A DNA stretch of 64,000 nt from Lingula anatina (lineage: Eukaryota; Animalia; Brachiopoda), in contig CM120647.1 of the NCBI GenBank assembly GCA_051362555.1, forward strand, positions 7,316,001 to 7,380,000. The letters are read 5' to 3'. Below the pieces are notes generated by a model. The model did no database searches and was not told the DNA's origin. It saw only the letters and a program-made list of their open reading frames with translations. This document shows positions 24,001-37,781 of this stretch, in pieces. The stretch's first letter is position 1. Every line of letters begins with the position of its first letter. The position numbers were made by a program, and so were the translations under genes.

Positions 24001-25759
24001 TCTTCCATTTCACTACATTCATTAAATTCTATAACTTAGTCTACAAAAATGGAATGAATCATTCTCAAATGTAATGATAAATGAAAAAAGGCATTCTCCC
24101 TTCGAAGGCAATAACTGTGTCTTCAAGTTCTTTCTAAAGCTTTCAGAACAACTTTTGTGCCCTTATAGGAAAGAAAAGAAAAGAAAGCAATATACTTCCA
24201 TCTCTTTTCTTTCTTTTTTTTTTCGAGTGAAACTCTAATGCAGAGTACAAATCATTTTATAAAGCAAAACAATTTTTGCTTACTATTTGTTTTATTATTA
24301 ATAAGTGAAAGATACAGAGGTTGCTGTTAAAAATCACAAAAAATCAAATAGCTTACCTGTTCCTTTGTAAGAATTACTATACAGCTTTGCCAATATTGCA
24401 TCCTGTGTAGGTTTGTCTGAAAAAAAAAAGAGCAACAATTACTTACAGAATGCAGTGAAATAGTTTTTCCATCATTTCTTATTATAATGTTGAAATGCAA
24501 AAAAAAATTACTTGAATTTTTTTATAAATGGCTTACTAATTTACAACAGTAAATGAGTAATTTCTAAAAAGGTCCCAGTATTACTTTGCAACATTCTTTG
24601 ATTGTGTTTTGCTGCATACAAAGAAATAAATCATTATGGTATTCATGAGGTACAAAAAGTATTAAAATAAAGTCTTTTTTAACAGAGTGGAAGTTACAAT
24701 AATAAGATGAGTATTGTCATTAATAATAACAATAATGATAAATGGCAGTCTTACAACAAATAAAATCTTGAAAGAAAATAAAAAAAATTCTTACCAATCT
24801 TTACAGTCACCACATCCTTCCCTTCATAGAAAAATTCAGAACTCCTCTTTGACAGTTTCTGTAACAGTTGTAATATAAAACAAAATTATTTTAAGGAAGC
24901 AGTCTGTGCCAAATACTTTTCAACTTCTAGGCCATCTAAGCCACCAGAATCTTCCTGCCTCTACCAAAAAGCCTACCTTTCAAAAAAAAAAAAAAAAAAA
25001 AAAAAACACCACACTTGTGACACACTTTTTCATTTATTCTAATATCACATTTAAATGCTTTTAATTTAAATTAATAATTTAACAGTAATTCAATATTTTA
25101 ACTAATTTTTTTCTATCTTACTATTTCTTCCTTTTCCAGCCCCCGTTTCACCAAGCTGCAATCCTCCAGATGGCGCTGAAGTGACCGCCGAGGGACAAGA
25201 TGGCTGGAGTCCAGAGGACAGGTGGACATCACATCAGACTGGAAAATATTCTTAAAATAAGAATTTTTAAATCTCGATTCAAAATATTTGAAAATTAACT
25301 TACAAAATCTCTTTTCAAAACAATTGAAATATAATTATTACATTTGTTAAAAAATAAATAATTTTTTTCACCTAATTATTATGTTGCATTTAAATTTGGC
25401 TGCTTGGAGCTTCTATCTTGCAAGGATACCAATAAGGAGGACAATATAAACACCTCCCTCAATCACCCCAAATCCACTTTTAAAACATATTTTCTAATTC
25501 TAAAATACATTTTTAAAAAAACTTGAAAAATGTATCTGATAAGTTAAAGAGACAAATTCTGCAACAGGAGGGCAATTCCCATCCACTAGTATGGGTTCTC
25601 AACCTTATTCAAAATGTGCTCCTTTGTCCACCCCAGCTGTTCCAAAGTACTGGTCACCTCCTCCTCTGTGCTGTCCAAGAAAGTGGTCAAGCTGTCCAGT
25701 TGTTCCTGTCTTTGGGACTGAACATCTTGGGACAGCTCTGATGGTGCTGAGTGTGACAT
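21053..25759 (-). CDS. SNRNP48: U11/U12 snRNP 48 kDa protein, 9 coding exons, about 453 aa
   Basis: Exons 25759-25604, 25238-25122, 24858-24795, 24416-24357, 23373-23188, 22905-22793, 22469-22363, 21966-21514, 21158-21053 (1362 nt, phases consistent). CHHC zinc finger CPLDSSHLVPRRSLQRHLEDC, signature RDFKRRRQTYRAKNVHITRKSYTEVIREV, RS repeats and a KH-rich tail. Confidence 0.92.
23835..23855 (-). promoter_or_regulatory. USSE-like element (tandem U12-type 5' splice sites, U11 snRNP-binding splicing enhancer)
   Basis: The minus strand reads GTATCCTC-AAAC-ATATCCTTT: two RTATCCT sites 12 nt apart in SNRNP48 intron 4. Confidence 0.82.
23898..23908 (-). other. 11-nt frameshifting (poison) microexon in SNRNP48 intron 4
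   Basis: tttacttcttttacag|CAATGATCAAA|gtgagt. Inclusion shifts exon 5 to a TAG at 23295-23293. Confidence 0.72.
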
Positions 25760-26304
25760 GTCTGCTATGGAAATTTTGACTATGTTGCATCTTCCATTTT
25801 TATATTATTTAATTTTTTTCTTCTCTTCTCTTTTTCTTTCTTATAAACACAGTCAGCGGGAGATGCATGCTGAAAATGGAAGAAAAATATTTCAAAACAA
25901 GTAAATATTCCATGCTTGCATGTGTCCTCATTAAAATTATACAGTGTATATAGTATACATGTTGGGATATATTGCTAAATAAAATAAAACATTATGAAAC
26001 ATTTTCAGAATGGAACCAACATTTTTAAAAACGTCATAAAACATTTTCAGAATGGAACCAAAATAATCATTTGAAATTAAATGTGTATGTAAAATGATAA
26101 AATGCATATCGCATCTTTCTTCGTTACAAACGTGCCTATTAGATACTGCCTAGGTGCTGAGCCCCTCTTTGCAAAGTGAATAGCAAATAATCTGCTTAGA
26201 GAGAGAGAGAGAGTGAGTTAGTTTCAAACCCATGGCAAAGAGGACTGGCAGGAAATATATATATATTATTTTGGGTTTAAAGCCTAAAAGGATTCAATAA
26301 TTAC

Positions 26305-26515
26305 CGTTTACTAAGCAAACCGGGAACAGACTACGATTGAACTCTTCTCCCACGCCGCGGAACATTCACTCCTTCTTTCTAAAAAGAAGTCGATTGCGCC
26401 TCTTTTCCGTCCTCCAGTCACAAAAGACTTCCGACGTCGCGCCATGTCACTTGCATCATGTGGAAGAAAGACAGCTTGATATTTTGACCAGATGGGCCTC
26501 GTCGTCTCCTTTTTC
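26305..26515. promoter_or_regulatory. Bidirectional promoter region of SNRNP48 (-) and EIF2B4 (+)
   Basis: CpG-rich island in AT-rich DNA. Minus-strand donor CG|GTAATT at 26305/26304. ETS-like CTTCCG and YY1-like CGCCATGT (26440-26447). Probable EIF2B4 5'-UTR exon at about 26907-26961. Confidence 0.55.
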
Positions 26516-27407
26516 AACAGAATATTCTCATGGTGTGTATCTTCACTGACGAATGTTTTAAGACTCATGCTTCTCAGGCCTAACACTGAGCTATGTAATT
26601 GAGCTGTGTCTGCCGAATGATATATTATTATTATTAATTTTACATATTTTGCTTGCCTTCTGTAATTTGTCATGAACCGTCTTGCTTCCTTCCTTACTTT
26701 GCTCGTGCAATTTAGCCTATTTTCATACAAGAAATGATTTTTAGATTAAAAAAAGAAACTAAAAATTTGACGTGTTTGAATCCATTAGATTGACATAATT
26801 ATGAAGAAATACGTGTACCATAGTATACTGTTTTGCTTGGCATTTTATTTAAAATTACATGTACATGCATATAAATATTAATGTTTTATTTTCTGCTTTC
26901 TTATAGCTTATCATTGTTATAGTAATTATCCAGATACAGTAACTTGAAGAAAAGAATACAGGTATTCAGCATTTTCAAGGTGTGGTGTCCCCTAGTTTCA
27001 GAGATTACTGGATATAATTGTCTGCACTATCAGCTTTTCTCTGCAGTTTCCAATAATTTCTAAAATTCAGTGTTTGATGTGGAAGATAGTACATTATATA
27101 CACTTGCTACTTACAGCTGGAGTAGAAGAAATCATCATTGCATGCTAGTGTCATGTTATGTTTTTATTACAGTTATGTTTAAGTTCTGTTTAATTACAAT
27201 AGTTTAAAGTTGAATTAAAATTGAAATTTGTATTTTTAGATTTTTTTATTATTTATTAAAAAATGAAATAAAAGGATGAAACAGTGCTAGTTTGTATAAA
27301 ATGTTATCAAGGGTTATGTTAATGATGTCTGAAACCAAATTATGGATGAAGTATTTTTTAAATTTTATTATATTTCTTTATATTTTTTTTATTTTTTCAG
27401 GTTCATA

Positions 27408-30400
27408 ATGGCAGATAAGGCAGGGATAACTGAAGGTCAAACTCAACAAGGTAAAGGCCACCAAGGGAAATCTGGTAGTGGTAAAAAGAAAAATAAACCC
27501 AAGAATGTAGCAAATGATCAAGTCAAAAAACAAACTGATCTCAATTCACCGAGGACTTTGAGTGAATCATCAACTGGGTCTCAAGGAAGCCAGAAATCGA
27601 AAGGTCAAGGTCAGGATAAAGGTCAGGTTCAAGATAAAGGTCATGGTCATCAAAAACCTACAGACCCAAATGCTCCTCAGAAGTCAAAAGCACAGCTCAA
27701 GGCAGAAAGGAGAGCACTTCAGGTAAATTGTGCCACTGTGTTTTTTTTTTTGGTATTTTCTTCCTCTTTATTTTTCTCTCCTTCCTTCCCACCCCTGTGC
27801 CACCCTCAAGAAGGGACTCTCTTTTACCTGCTGTGTAATAGTATGAATAATGCATTATGGATATATGTTTATACTCAAGAGGGAAGAGGAATGATTATAA
27901 AATTTACTTAACTATCTTAATCTGGCAGCCTTTTTTTTATCTTTTTTATCAGAAGTATGTTATCTTTCCTTCAGTCAGTATACAGATGAGTTCTGTATGT
28001 GGTACACTGCTTGTGGTTATATAGTATATACAGTATTGTAGGCTTACAACAACCAGCCGCCCCTCCAGCATTTTACTTAACCTGTAGCCATGACATTAAA
28101 ACTAAAATTATGAGAGGGGATTTTGACATCTTTATTGAGTTTGCTAGATTTTTAGGTGCCACTCATGCATTACAGTTACTGTAAGAGAGCGTTCACATCG
28201 AGAAGAGCCGAGGTCTAGCAAGGCCGAGACCTAAATATGGTGGACATACATGAAAGGAAGACCGCATTATCCTTTAATGGTCTCTCAGTGAATGTCATTG
28301 AAAATAAAGAGAGACCATTAAAGGATTATGCAGTTTTCCTTTCATGTAGGTCCGCCATATTTAGGTCTTGGCCTTGCTACACCTTGGCTCTTCTCGATGT
28401 GAACGCTCTCAAAGTAAATAGACTCACAGCTGTGGTTTGAATGAAGCGATGTGTTTAATTTTAAGTGATAACTTTTTGATTTCAGGAGGCTCAGCGTGCT
28501 GCTAAAACTGCTGCCAAGGAGGGAGGAGCAGGTGAGCATTGGATATAATAGAGAGAGACAATTTATTTAAGTAATTAATTAATTTTATTTATTTATTTAT
28601 TTAAAATTATATATTTTCAGCACAAGGGCAATAAAACTTAACTATTTTGAATAAAAATGTAAGTACTCAGCAAAAGATGAGAAGTATCACTCAGACTGTA
28701 GTGTAAAAAGTCTATGTACCAAAATAGGAAATGCACAAAAGACATATGAAATGAAAATAACCATTTTGATGGTTCAATTCTATTTAAGGTCAGAAAAAGG
28801 AAGGCAGCACAAAGGAGAAGATGATCCGTGTCCCAGACCACCTTAAGGTTGACGATGCAGCCACACAAAAGAAAGTTGCCAAGAAGTTAGAAAAACAACA
28901 GGTGCCACAGAGGGCAGCCACTGAGAGGAAAGTGGGTCTGTTCAGGCACCTCCAGCAGTTTGAGAGAGGCACATCTCTGACTCAGGCTATACAGTGAGTA
29001 TAAGCTTGGTTCCAGTGTAGAGGGGTGATCAGAGAAGGACCAATTTAGGCTTAAAATCAGGCTAACTTGTGATGATTTACAATACTTATCAGTTTAAGGT
29101 GATAGTTTATATAAGTCACTATTTAAGAATCTTTACTTTGCCATGAAACTAATTCTACTTACAAGACTATTGAAAGACATTTTTCTCAGAAATACTACAT
29201 ATATCTTGCTTGGGTAAATGTAATTGATGAATTCTGTAAACAGCTTGAATTTTAAGAGTAATATTACTGTTTTTTCTAGATTCTCAAACAATGTTGCTAT
29301 CCACCCTGCAGTTTTAAAGCTGGGCTTACAGTATGCAGAGGGGGTGGTGTGTGGGTCCAATGCAAGGTGTATTGCACTGCTTAATGCCTTCAAACAGGTG
29401 GGTATGGATTGGTTCTCTCTTGAACAGTGGCTCACTCTTCATTTTTTTTTTATTAATATGAAATAGATTCCTACCAGTACTAGAAATATAAATAAAATCT
29501 GACTTTAAAAGCAGAATAAAAGATAAGTGTCTCTCTGCCATATTGGTAAGCTAGAAGTCAGATTTTTTTTGAAAATAATAAAGATCAGAAGAAGAAAATA
29601 TTTTGTTAGATTTCTAAAGCATGTAATGTTTCTCTTAATACATTTCATCCCATATATATACCAAAAATGAAAACTCAGATACGTCCTTTTTGCACATTAA
29701 TGTGTTAACGAATAATCCAAAAAGATTTCTATGCATGCATTATGTTTTACTAATTCCACACAGGTTATTCGTGACTATACAACACCTCCACAAAAGGAGC
29801 TAGCCAGAGATTTAGATAACAGAATAAAACCATGCATAAGGTAGGACAAGACTGACATGTCTACTTGCTATATGTGTGTGAAAGACAATAAATACCTTGA
29901 CTATTTTCTGTAATTATCCGTGGATTATTTCTCCCTGGGTTGAACTTTCTGAAATAGACTGAATCAGACACATATTATGGCTCTTTGATTTTCAGTAACT
30001 ATATTTTCAAAGTCCCACTTGGTAAACATTCCTAATATGATAAAAACTCTAAGTTAATATTTAATATATTTCAAGCCCAGGTTAGCCTGTTTCAGTCTCT
30101 TTGGGGAATGCTCTCAAAGCTCCCAAGTGGACAGAAAAAATTAAAATTTTCAGTTCATCTTTTTAGTGTCTTATGCAGTGCCAGCCCATTACAGCAACAT
30201 AGTAGTGGAAGGGCTTTAAAGCTATCAAAAGGAAAAAATACAATGAATATAATTCTATGGAATAGTGCAACATTAAAAAAGAAATGTTATTCTTTTCTTT
30301 CAGTTTCTTGGCCCAGTGTCGGCCAATTTCAGTCAGCATGGGAAATGCTATCAAAGCACTCAAGTGGCACATCAACCACACACCAAGTGAGATGCCAGAC

Positions 30401-33400
30401 TCGGAGGTGAATTTTTTTTTCTAGAACAGATTTATTCTAAACAGTTTTCCTAGCTTAAGCAGCCCCCACATCCAGTGTCTTAAGACCACCAAGCCATTTC
30501 TACCTCTAATGTTTTTCCAAACAACCCAAATTCATGTCTGATGGTGGTCATATAAAAGTTTTATATGTATGGATGAATGCCAGGTTAAAAACGGTGTGAC
30601 TGAAATGTGCAATACACTGCAATACAGCGAAACACAGCGCAATACACTTGATAACACAAGCCCAGTTGCAAGTACACACAGGAAAGGGTAATCTCAAATA
30701 AAATAGGGTGATCTGAAAGCAAAATATAGTACATAGTAATTAATATTACTGATAACACTTGACAATTTTTTCATTGTTTGTCAGCCGCCATGTTGGCGAG
30801 TTCACCATGTTGGCCAGTAATATATCCAAGAAGAGCCACTCACCAACATGGCTGCCAACTGGACTATATTAATGTCTTGCTGATTTGTTAAGTTATATCA
30901 ATGATATTACTTACCCAGTAATATAGGTTGTTTTTATATCACCCTACTTTGCTGGGAATGGTCATTTCTTTTGTGTAATTGCAACTGGATTTGATTTTTG
31001 AAGTGTATTGCACTGTGTTGCGCTGTATTGCGGTGTATTGCACATTTCAGTCACACCGGTTTAAAACTGCTAGTTTACTGGCCATTCAGAGTACAAGAAG
31101 TCATTTTATCTGCTGGCCCCAATCGGGATTCACTGGTCCAGATAAGAATTTCAATAAGGCTGGATATTTATGCCTGTTACATTAAAACTTGATTTTGACA
31201 AATATGACTCTTAAAGGTACATACGAACCAAGCATCAGTGGAGCGCGGATTCCCAGTAACACATGTAAACCACTTAAACTAGTTTCTTCTACGACTCTAA
31301 TAAATTCAACATGCCAAGGGATAAACTCAATAAATCACCCGATCAACCATAAAAGAGCTTTAGAGTGTTCCTTTCTTAAAAATTTTTGGTTGTCAATTTA
31401 ACATACTTTTGTGACCTACTTTTCTGCCCCATTGACATACAGCATAGAATGCTAGCAGAAAAATCTGTTCAAACATCACTTTCGGGTAAAATTAAACAAT
31501 GCCCTTTGGTAATTCCCTTAGTTATACTACTTGAAACTATATGCCGGCATTTGGTTGGTTTTTATGACAAAAAATTGACTTTGTATGTATCTTTAATTAA
31601 GCTGATGCTTCCTATTAGGTCTATAAAACCTTTTGGCATATTTGTCTTTGACTCTTTAACCTTGGGCATATTCCTCTTGGCAAATGAATCGTGTAATTCA
31701 AGGTTTGTTATTTCATATTGATGTGATTTATATAGTGTTTGGTAGAAATCTTACACAATTTAATTTCTCATAAAAAATGAAACTTTGAGGTAATTAATAT
31801 GGCAGACATGAGATTTAGGTATGGAAATTGAGAGGGAAAATAAATATTTGGATTTTTTTCCCAGGCCAAAAGAAATTTGAATGAAGTAATTGAAGATTTC
31901 TTGCAAGAGAAGATAGTTTTAGCTGGAGAAGCCATCTCTCAAACTGCTCTGCAGAAAATTCAAGATGGGGATGTCCTTCTTGTCTTTGGTTGGTGAGTGG
32001 TAAAGACTTTTTTAGCCTTGATTTTTTTTTTAATTTGTTGAACAGAATTTGTCCAAGTGGGGATGCTTATACTAATGGTGTCAGTTTTAAAGAGTGTTTT
32101 TCTAATAATGAAACATAAGCTTGAAACAGGTAGGATGAGCCTTTTCTTCTCTTTTCAGCTCCTCTTTGATCCGGAAGATACTCTGTGACGCACACTCCAA
32201 AGGAAGACAGTTTCGTGTTATCGTTGTTGATGGTCGTCCAAAGTTAGAAGGAAGAGAGATGCTCCGTCGTCTCGTTAGACATGGCATTAAGTGTTCCTAT
32301 GTTCTCATCAATACAGCTTCTTACGTTATGCAGGAGGTCAGTGAGAGGGGTGTTTCCAGGATTTGGGGTACAGGGAGTCCAAAATGTGGATCATTCTGTA
32401 ATTTGCCCAATAATTTGTAGAGAGTCCAACCCAAGCTTGCCTAACCAACCAACCACCAAATTTTGTAAGCCATCTAGCAGTCTTTGGAAATATAGGCCAT
32501 TTTTTAGGCTGATGACTGTCCATATGTCAACTGGATAGCTCTGTGCGGAAAGCCTTGTTTCAAACAAAAAAATAAACAATTTTTCAGTCAGTTGTATGCA
32601 CAGCATGTAGCTAGTGCAGTACACAATGGTCAACCAACACAATAACTCAATGGATACAATGCACAGTCTCCTCTAACGCAATGCTCTGTGAGAAAGCTTT
32701 CACTCTTAGTAGAGGTAATGAAATTCGTCGCAACTTGTACAGTGTACACTGGCTCATCAAACATGACATCTTGGGACAATACAGTAATTATTTTATCTGT
32801 TTCAGTAAAGAGTATTTGTTGAGGAGATGGTCATGGTTTGCCTTTGTACATTTAAATGTCTCACCTTACACAATATACAATGCTTTGTCTCAACCAACAC
32901 AGTTCATACTGTCTCCTCAAAGAAAATGCCAATATCTCATCTAGCACAGTGTATTTTGTCTGACATGATAATTCACTTTCATCTATATATTTTATTTTAT
33001 ATAATAGATAAAGTAACACTGTGATTTATCATACTAATTCCAGGCTACAAAAGTCTTCTTAGGCGCTCATGCTTTGCTAGCCAACGGTTATGTCATGTCC
33101 AGAGTTGGGACCTCCCAGATCTCACTCCTGGCCAAGGCGTATAATGTGCCAGTCCTGGTGTGCTGTGAGACCTACAAGTTCTGTGAGAGAGTACAGACGG
33201 ATTCCTTTGTTGCCAATGAATTGGGTGAGGTTTTTTTTTTTTTTTTTTTTTTTTTTATGTCCAGGTCTCTCTGTTTCTGTTTGCATTTACAACAGTGGAC
33301 CAACAGATCCTTGGATCAAGTATGGCCGACCCACTTGAATGCTTGTTGTATAATTCCTGCGGTGAATCTATTCATTGTCTATTAGAGGATTAGGTGGCAT

Positions 33401-33455
33401 GCTTTTAAGTGGGTCGACCATATTTGATCCGCGGATCAACTTGTTCTGAATGCGG

Positions 33456-33493
<38 letters not shown>

Positions 33494-33839
33494 ATCATCA
33501 TGGTGTTTAACGATGCTCAGCAGACTGTAGTATAATCATCAACAGAAGACAAACAAAACAGCCACCAAAAAATCAAACATAGTCTGATTCTTAAAATAGG
33601 CTAGAAATTTGACATATTTTAATCACACTCCAGGAGACCCCGGGGACTTGGTGAAGACTCACAAAAAAGAAAACTACTTGGACAACTGGAAACAGTGCAA
33701 GAACCTCAGCCTCCTGAACCTGGTCTATGACGTCACACCTCCAGAGTTTGTTACCATGGTGATTACAGAAATTGGGGTCATCCCTTGCACCTCTGTTCCA
33801 GTTGTCCTGAGGGTCAAACAGACTGAGACACCCCAATGA
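27408..33839 (+). CDS. EIF2B4: Translation initiation factor eIF2B subunit delta, 10 coding exons, about 518 aa
   Basis: Exons 27408-27722, 28486-28531, 28789-28993, 29280-29397, 29764-29840, 30304-30406, 31865-31992, 32159-32336, 33044-33224, 33634-33839 (1557 nt). Motifs [33 protein letters not shown]...[71 protein letters not shown]. Confidence 0.95.
28185..28410. mobile_element. Palindromic Harbinger-like MITE with arms of about 100 bp in EIF2B4 intron 1
   Basis: GAGAGCGTTCACATCGAGAAGAGCC... / ...GGCTCTTCTCGATGTGAACGCTCTC. Flanks are TAA/AAA. Same family as 52699-52982. Confidence 0.8.
30589..31061. mobile_element. Harbinger-like MITE with long TIRs in EIF2B4 intron 6
   Basis: AA[A/C]CGGTGTGACTGAAATGTGCAATACAC... 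inverted at both ends with a TAA TSD. The pseudogene copy has the empty site (about 50165). Confidence 0.8.
31215..31592. mobile_element. Kolobok-like MITE (TTAA TSD, AG...CT termini)
   Basis: TTAA|AGGTACATAC...GTATGTATCT|TTAA. Empty site with a single TTAA near 50317. Related copies at about 44014-44400 and 61318-61695. Confidence 0.75.
33293..33440. mobile_element. Small palindromic MITE in EIF2B4 intron 9 (more complete copy at 52524-52685)
   Basis: GATCC.TGGATCAA.TATGGCCGACCCACTT ... AAGTG..TCGACCA.ATTTGATCC..GGATC inverted arms. Confidence 0.6.
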
Positions 33840-34784
33840 ACATGGACAGGCAGATACAGCGCCACCTATTTTTCTGAAAATGATGGATTCAGATCCAGTC
33901 CTTTTTGACAAGAGGAGTACCTATCTATCCTAAAGAGGCTTAAGGGGGGGGGGGGGGGAGAATATAGATGATGATGATTGACAAATAAATTTGTGCCACC
34001 TCTTGAGATATTTAATTGATTTGTTTTTCAACAAATGCATTTTTGTGCACTGTGACAGCAACAATGGAAAGAAAACTGAAAATGTTGTTGTCATTTTCTA
34101 ACTTAAATCTAAATTAAAAACTCTAATATACTTAAGGTATGTTTTCCTTGAGTGGGTAATCAGTGTATGTTTAAAAAATAAAGGAAAGACAGAAAACGCT
34201 GTCGACGCTGTCGGTGCCCAACACATGTCGTTCGTCCCATAACTTCCAAACCATATTTTTGTTTTACTTTAAAATTTACTGATTGGCTTTGTTTGGTAAA
34301 GTTGAAGGTTGCTTTTCCAAAATGGCATGACCGGTTTGCATTTACAGTGATTGTTTTCTAGTTTTTTTCCACAATTTTGATGACATTCGCCTCATATTTA
34401 AGTAATTTTTTTACGTGTATTTTGTTGATGTTTCTTCCTTTTTGATGTCTGTATATTTGCCAGCTTTGCTGTGTAGTTCAAATTTGTATTCAATTTGTTT
34501 ATTTTATCTGCGTTCACAAACCTCCCTCCTGATACAGGACACCTTAAGTACTTAAATTTTAACAGCTTTAATTCAAACGAAATGAAAAGTTTGCAGCGAA
34601 TTTATGACAAAACTGAGGGTCTGTATTACAGAGAGCCGGTGGGACCTGACAGAGAGTCCTACATGACAGAAGTTCCGCTTCTCATTTGTACACAAATTAA
34701 AATAATTTTAGCCAAATTTATTAAATTATCAGTAAGGATATAATATGAGAAGTTCCACTGAGTGTAAAAATATCCATCATATAT

Positions 34785-35439
34785 ATAAATAACAAGCTTG
34801 AGTGTGGAACAGAGTGCTCAACAGTCCGGAGCATTTGTACACAATTAAAATCAATCAATAAATTAATAAACAAGAGACATGCAATAACCCCGACTCTGAG
34901 TTTCACGGGCATACCCAGAAGGTATGCCCGATCGTCAGGAGGTTTATTTGATAATGGTATTATTAGCCGTTTTACGCACACGGCGTGACGACACTTACGT
35001 CGCACGCCGTGTTAGTTATGTCACCTTATGCCGACACATGGTAATTACATATTTCAGTTCTTTTATTTAGAGTATCTGGTGTTATCATTATTAACAGTTT
35101 TTCGTCCAGGCAAAGGTTGCATAGGTGCTGATTTCTCCTTTGCGGCGCTGATTTCTTTATGATGTCCCATCTAATGTCATACAGGTTGTTATTTTCTTTT
35201 AATTTCCAAATATATTTGGATAACTCAGTTTCTTCAGCATATTTTTTGTCCCTAAATGACTTAGTGTGATTATTATATCTCAACTTAAATTGCCCACCAC
35301 AAAGGCCTATATATATCATGCATTTGTTCTTAGTAGTAACTGTTGCTTGGTACACAATGCTGCTAGACAAACATTCACCTCTCAAAGGACACTGACTTGG
35401 AGCTCTAAACTCGGAGTCGGGTTTATTGCATGTCTCTTG

Positions 35440-35450
<11 letters not shown>
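34785..35450 (-). mobile_element. 5'-truncated Penelope-like retroelement with GIY-YIG endonuclease tail, pseudo-LTR and inverted partial pseudo-LTR
   Basis: ORF 35385-35026 (SIVYQATV...YIGLC...FKLRYNNH..SF...TELSKYIWKLK...W.I...CNLCLDEK...LNKR.E) is the typical PLE GIY-YIG domain. Inverted repeat 34858-34903 vs 35407-35450. It sits in a (TA)n tract and is absent from the paralogous site near 53285. Confidence 0.85.
34886..34944 (-). ncRNA. Type I minimal hammerhead ribozyme in the Penelope pseudo-LTR
   Basis: aacctc-CTGACGA-t-cgggcatacc(ttctg)ggtatgcccg-t-GAAA-ctcagag-TC-ggggtt. Stem I is 6 bp, stem II is 10 bp, stem III is palindromic, and the cleavage triplet is GUC. Confidence 0.8.
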
Positions 35451-35508
<58 letters not shown>

Positions 35509-36006
35509 CCTAAAATATTATACAATTTTTGACTTTGAAAAAACTTTTGATTCGGTACTGTGACGTTTTCTTTACCAAAGGCTCAATAGCTTTAATTTCG
35601 CACCGGATCTTTCCAATTTATATTTGAAACATGATACCATTACATCGTGTTTAATCAAGGGTGTTACGTCTCGTTAATATTAAGTCCGGATTGCGGGTGT
35701 GGTCAGGTATTCCCAATTAAATAAGTACGTCCACTACGTCAAAAATAGCTTGACGTCATTAGGGTTTTTTTTCTTTCCTCCTTCCCCCATGATGCTTCTA
35801 AACTCGACAATACAAGTCTGGGGTCAAAAAGGGCAAAAAAACGTAACATCATTGTTTCACAAAACATCCGGGTTTTGGTCTGCTTTTCTCCACAGGTTAT
35901 CGTACTGTTCATTGTTCCAAATCATTGGATAACCTGTGTCATTTTCTTCGCAATAAAAACACCAGTACAAATTACGTCTGATCTCTGCTTCTCTTAGCGG
36001 GTATAG

Positions 36007-37716
36007 TTAGAGAATGAGTTTAGGAAACAAACACGCCAATACTACAAGCAAATTAAGTACCAAAGGCACTTGAAGGACGCATCCCCTGCTAAAAACAAAC
36101 GTGCCGTGTCCAGATATAGCAGTAGCCGGCAATGCTGCGTCAGAGACGTTCCCGGATGTGCGATTAAACACGACGCTTGCATTAAAAGGTATGTTGCCAA
36201 TGGACAGCTGGCTGCCAATGTCTTGAATATAAACTGCAACTCGATCTTCAAATCGTTCGAACCAACGCAGGCCGTCAGGGATGCGGGGGACCGGTTTCGC
36301 AAGTTTAACTGGTACACGAACAAGGGTGTATTCTCCATGGAACGACGGGTCGCCGCATCCTGTTTGTAAGGCAACACCATATATTCCTTCCCGTAAGGGG
36401 TCGATATGGAGCGAGGACTGGGTAGTGAACAAACTGTCCGAGACGCATTCTTTGAACAAGACGATCCAGTCTTGCCAGCTTTGTACAGGGGTAAGTTTCA
36501 GGGTAAGAATGAACTGCATGTTGACGAAGCCGGTCAGGGGTAACAAACATCCCGGGTCATTCTCTTGGCATGAATGCAGTTGGCACGATTTCTAAAAACA
36601 AAAGTTTAAAAATGTGAATCAAAGAAATAAAGTCAGCAGTTAAAAAAATAAAAATAAAAATGCATGGGTATGTCTAACAACACACCTCTTTGTATAAATA
36701 GTCGTCCAACAGTAATAATTATTCGCTATTTTGAATTACTTATTGGCCTACACCTGTACCTTCCTCGCCTTCTGATTTCTGTTCCTGTTTTTTTTTTTTT
36801 TTTTTTTTTTTTTAACCCGTTCTGAACTTTAAGGGTGCATTCCTATAGATTTTAGATCGAGATATCCCCGTGGGGAGTCTCACTAGATTACTGTCAGATA
36901 ATCCGGTGTCACGTGAAGAAACCGTCGTCGTGAATAAACCTTTCTGACGGATTATTCACGCGGGGGTAGCAGTCCGTTGATTTACAGTACATAGCTGCAC
37001 ATGCATTTCCAACATTTTCCCGTAGAGAAAGTTATAGTATTATCAAACACACAATTTCCTTTTAACGAAAATTACTTAACTCTGAATTGAAAGAACATTG
37101 TAGAGTGAAAGCATTTGTACTACGAGTCTTAGATCTACCACGTTTTTCTCACAGAGCAAAACAGTTCAGTCGCGATCAAAAGCTCATTTCCAACATTCCC
37201 CCGTATACTGTAGTTATAAGATTATCAAATACATACTCTCTCATGACGGAAACCACTGAATTATAAATTGAAAGATCATAGTTCAGTGCAAATATAGCGC
37301 CTACTTAGGACGACATCGTCATACCGGAAGTTCTTTCTTGGAATCTACCCTTAATGTGCAAGTGCAGAACGATTTTGTCACGGAACGGGTCTATCATGCC
37401 ACACCGGCTTAAATGTCCGTCCCGCCTACTACAAGCTGTAAGGGGGTAATTAACTTTCGTGCCCGCTCGGCTGACAGCTTTTTAGCGTGAACCCCCAGGG
37501 AGTTAGGTCGGTCTAGTTGGAGCGATCTAATCTCTGGGAATGGTGTCTAAAAGACTTTTTCTTAATTGCTGGCCATCAGAAAAGCGAAAACAAATCAATT
37601 TTAAAGGAGCCCGTAGCTATTTACGCTGTCAAAAGCAATTCACAGAAAACCGTATGCGATTTCATCGTACCGCGCCCGTGTCAAATGTAATTTCGTTTTT
37701 TGTCAGGAAGCAGTAA

Positions 37717-37781
<65 letters not shown>

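Noticed and set aside
25605-25797. Upstream and overlapping ORFs in the SNRNP48 leader
   Set aside because: They depend on which acceptor is used (about 25870 vs about 25762), which cannot be resolved from sequence alone.
35407-35450. Second hammerhead in the inverted pseudo-LTR
   Set aside because: It lacks the CUGANGA core and stem II.
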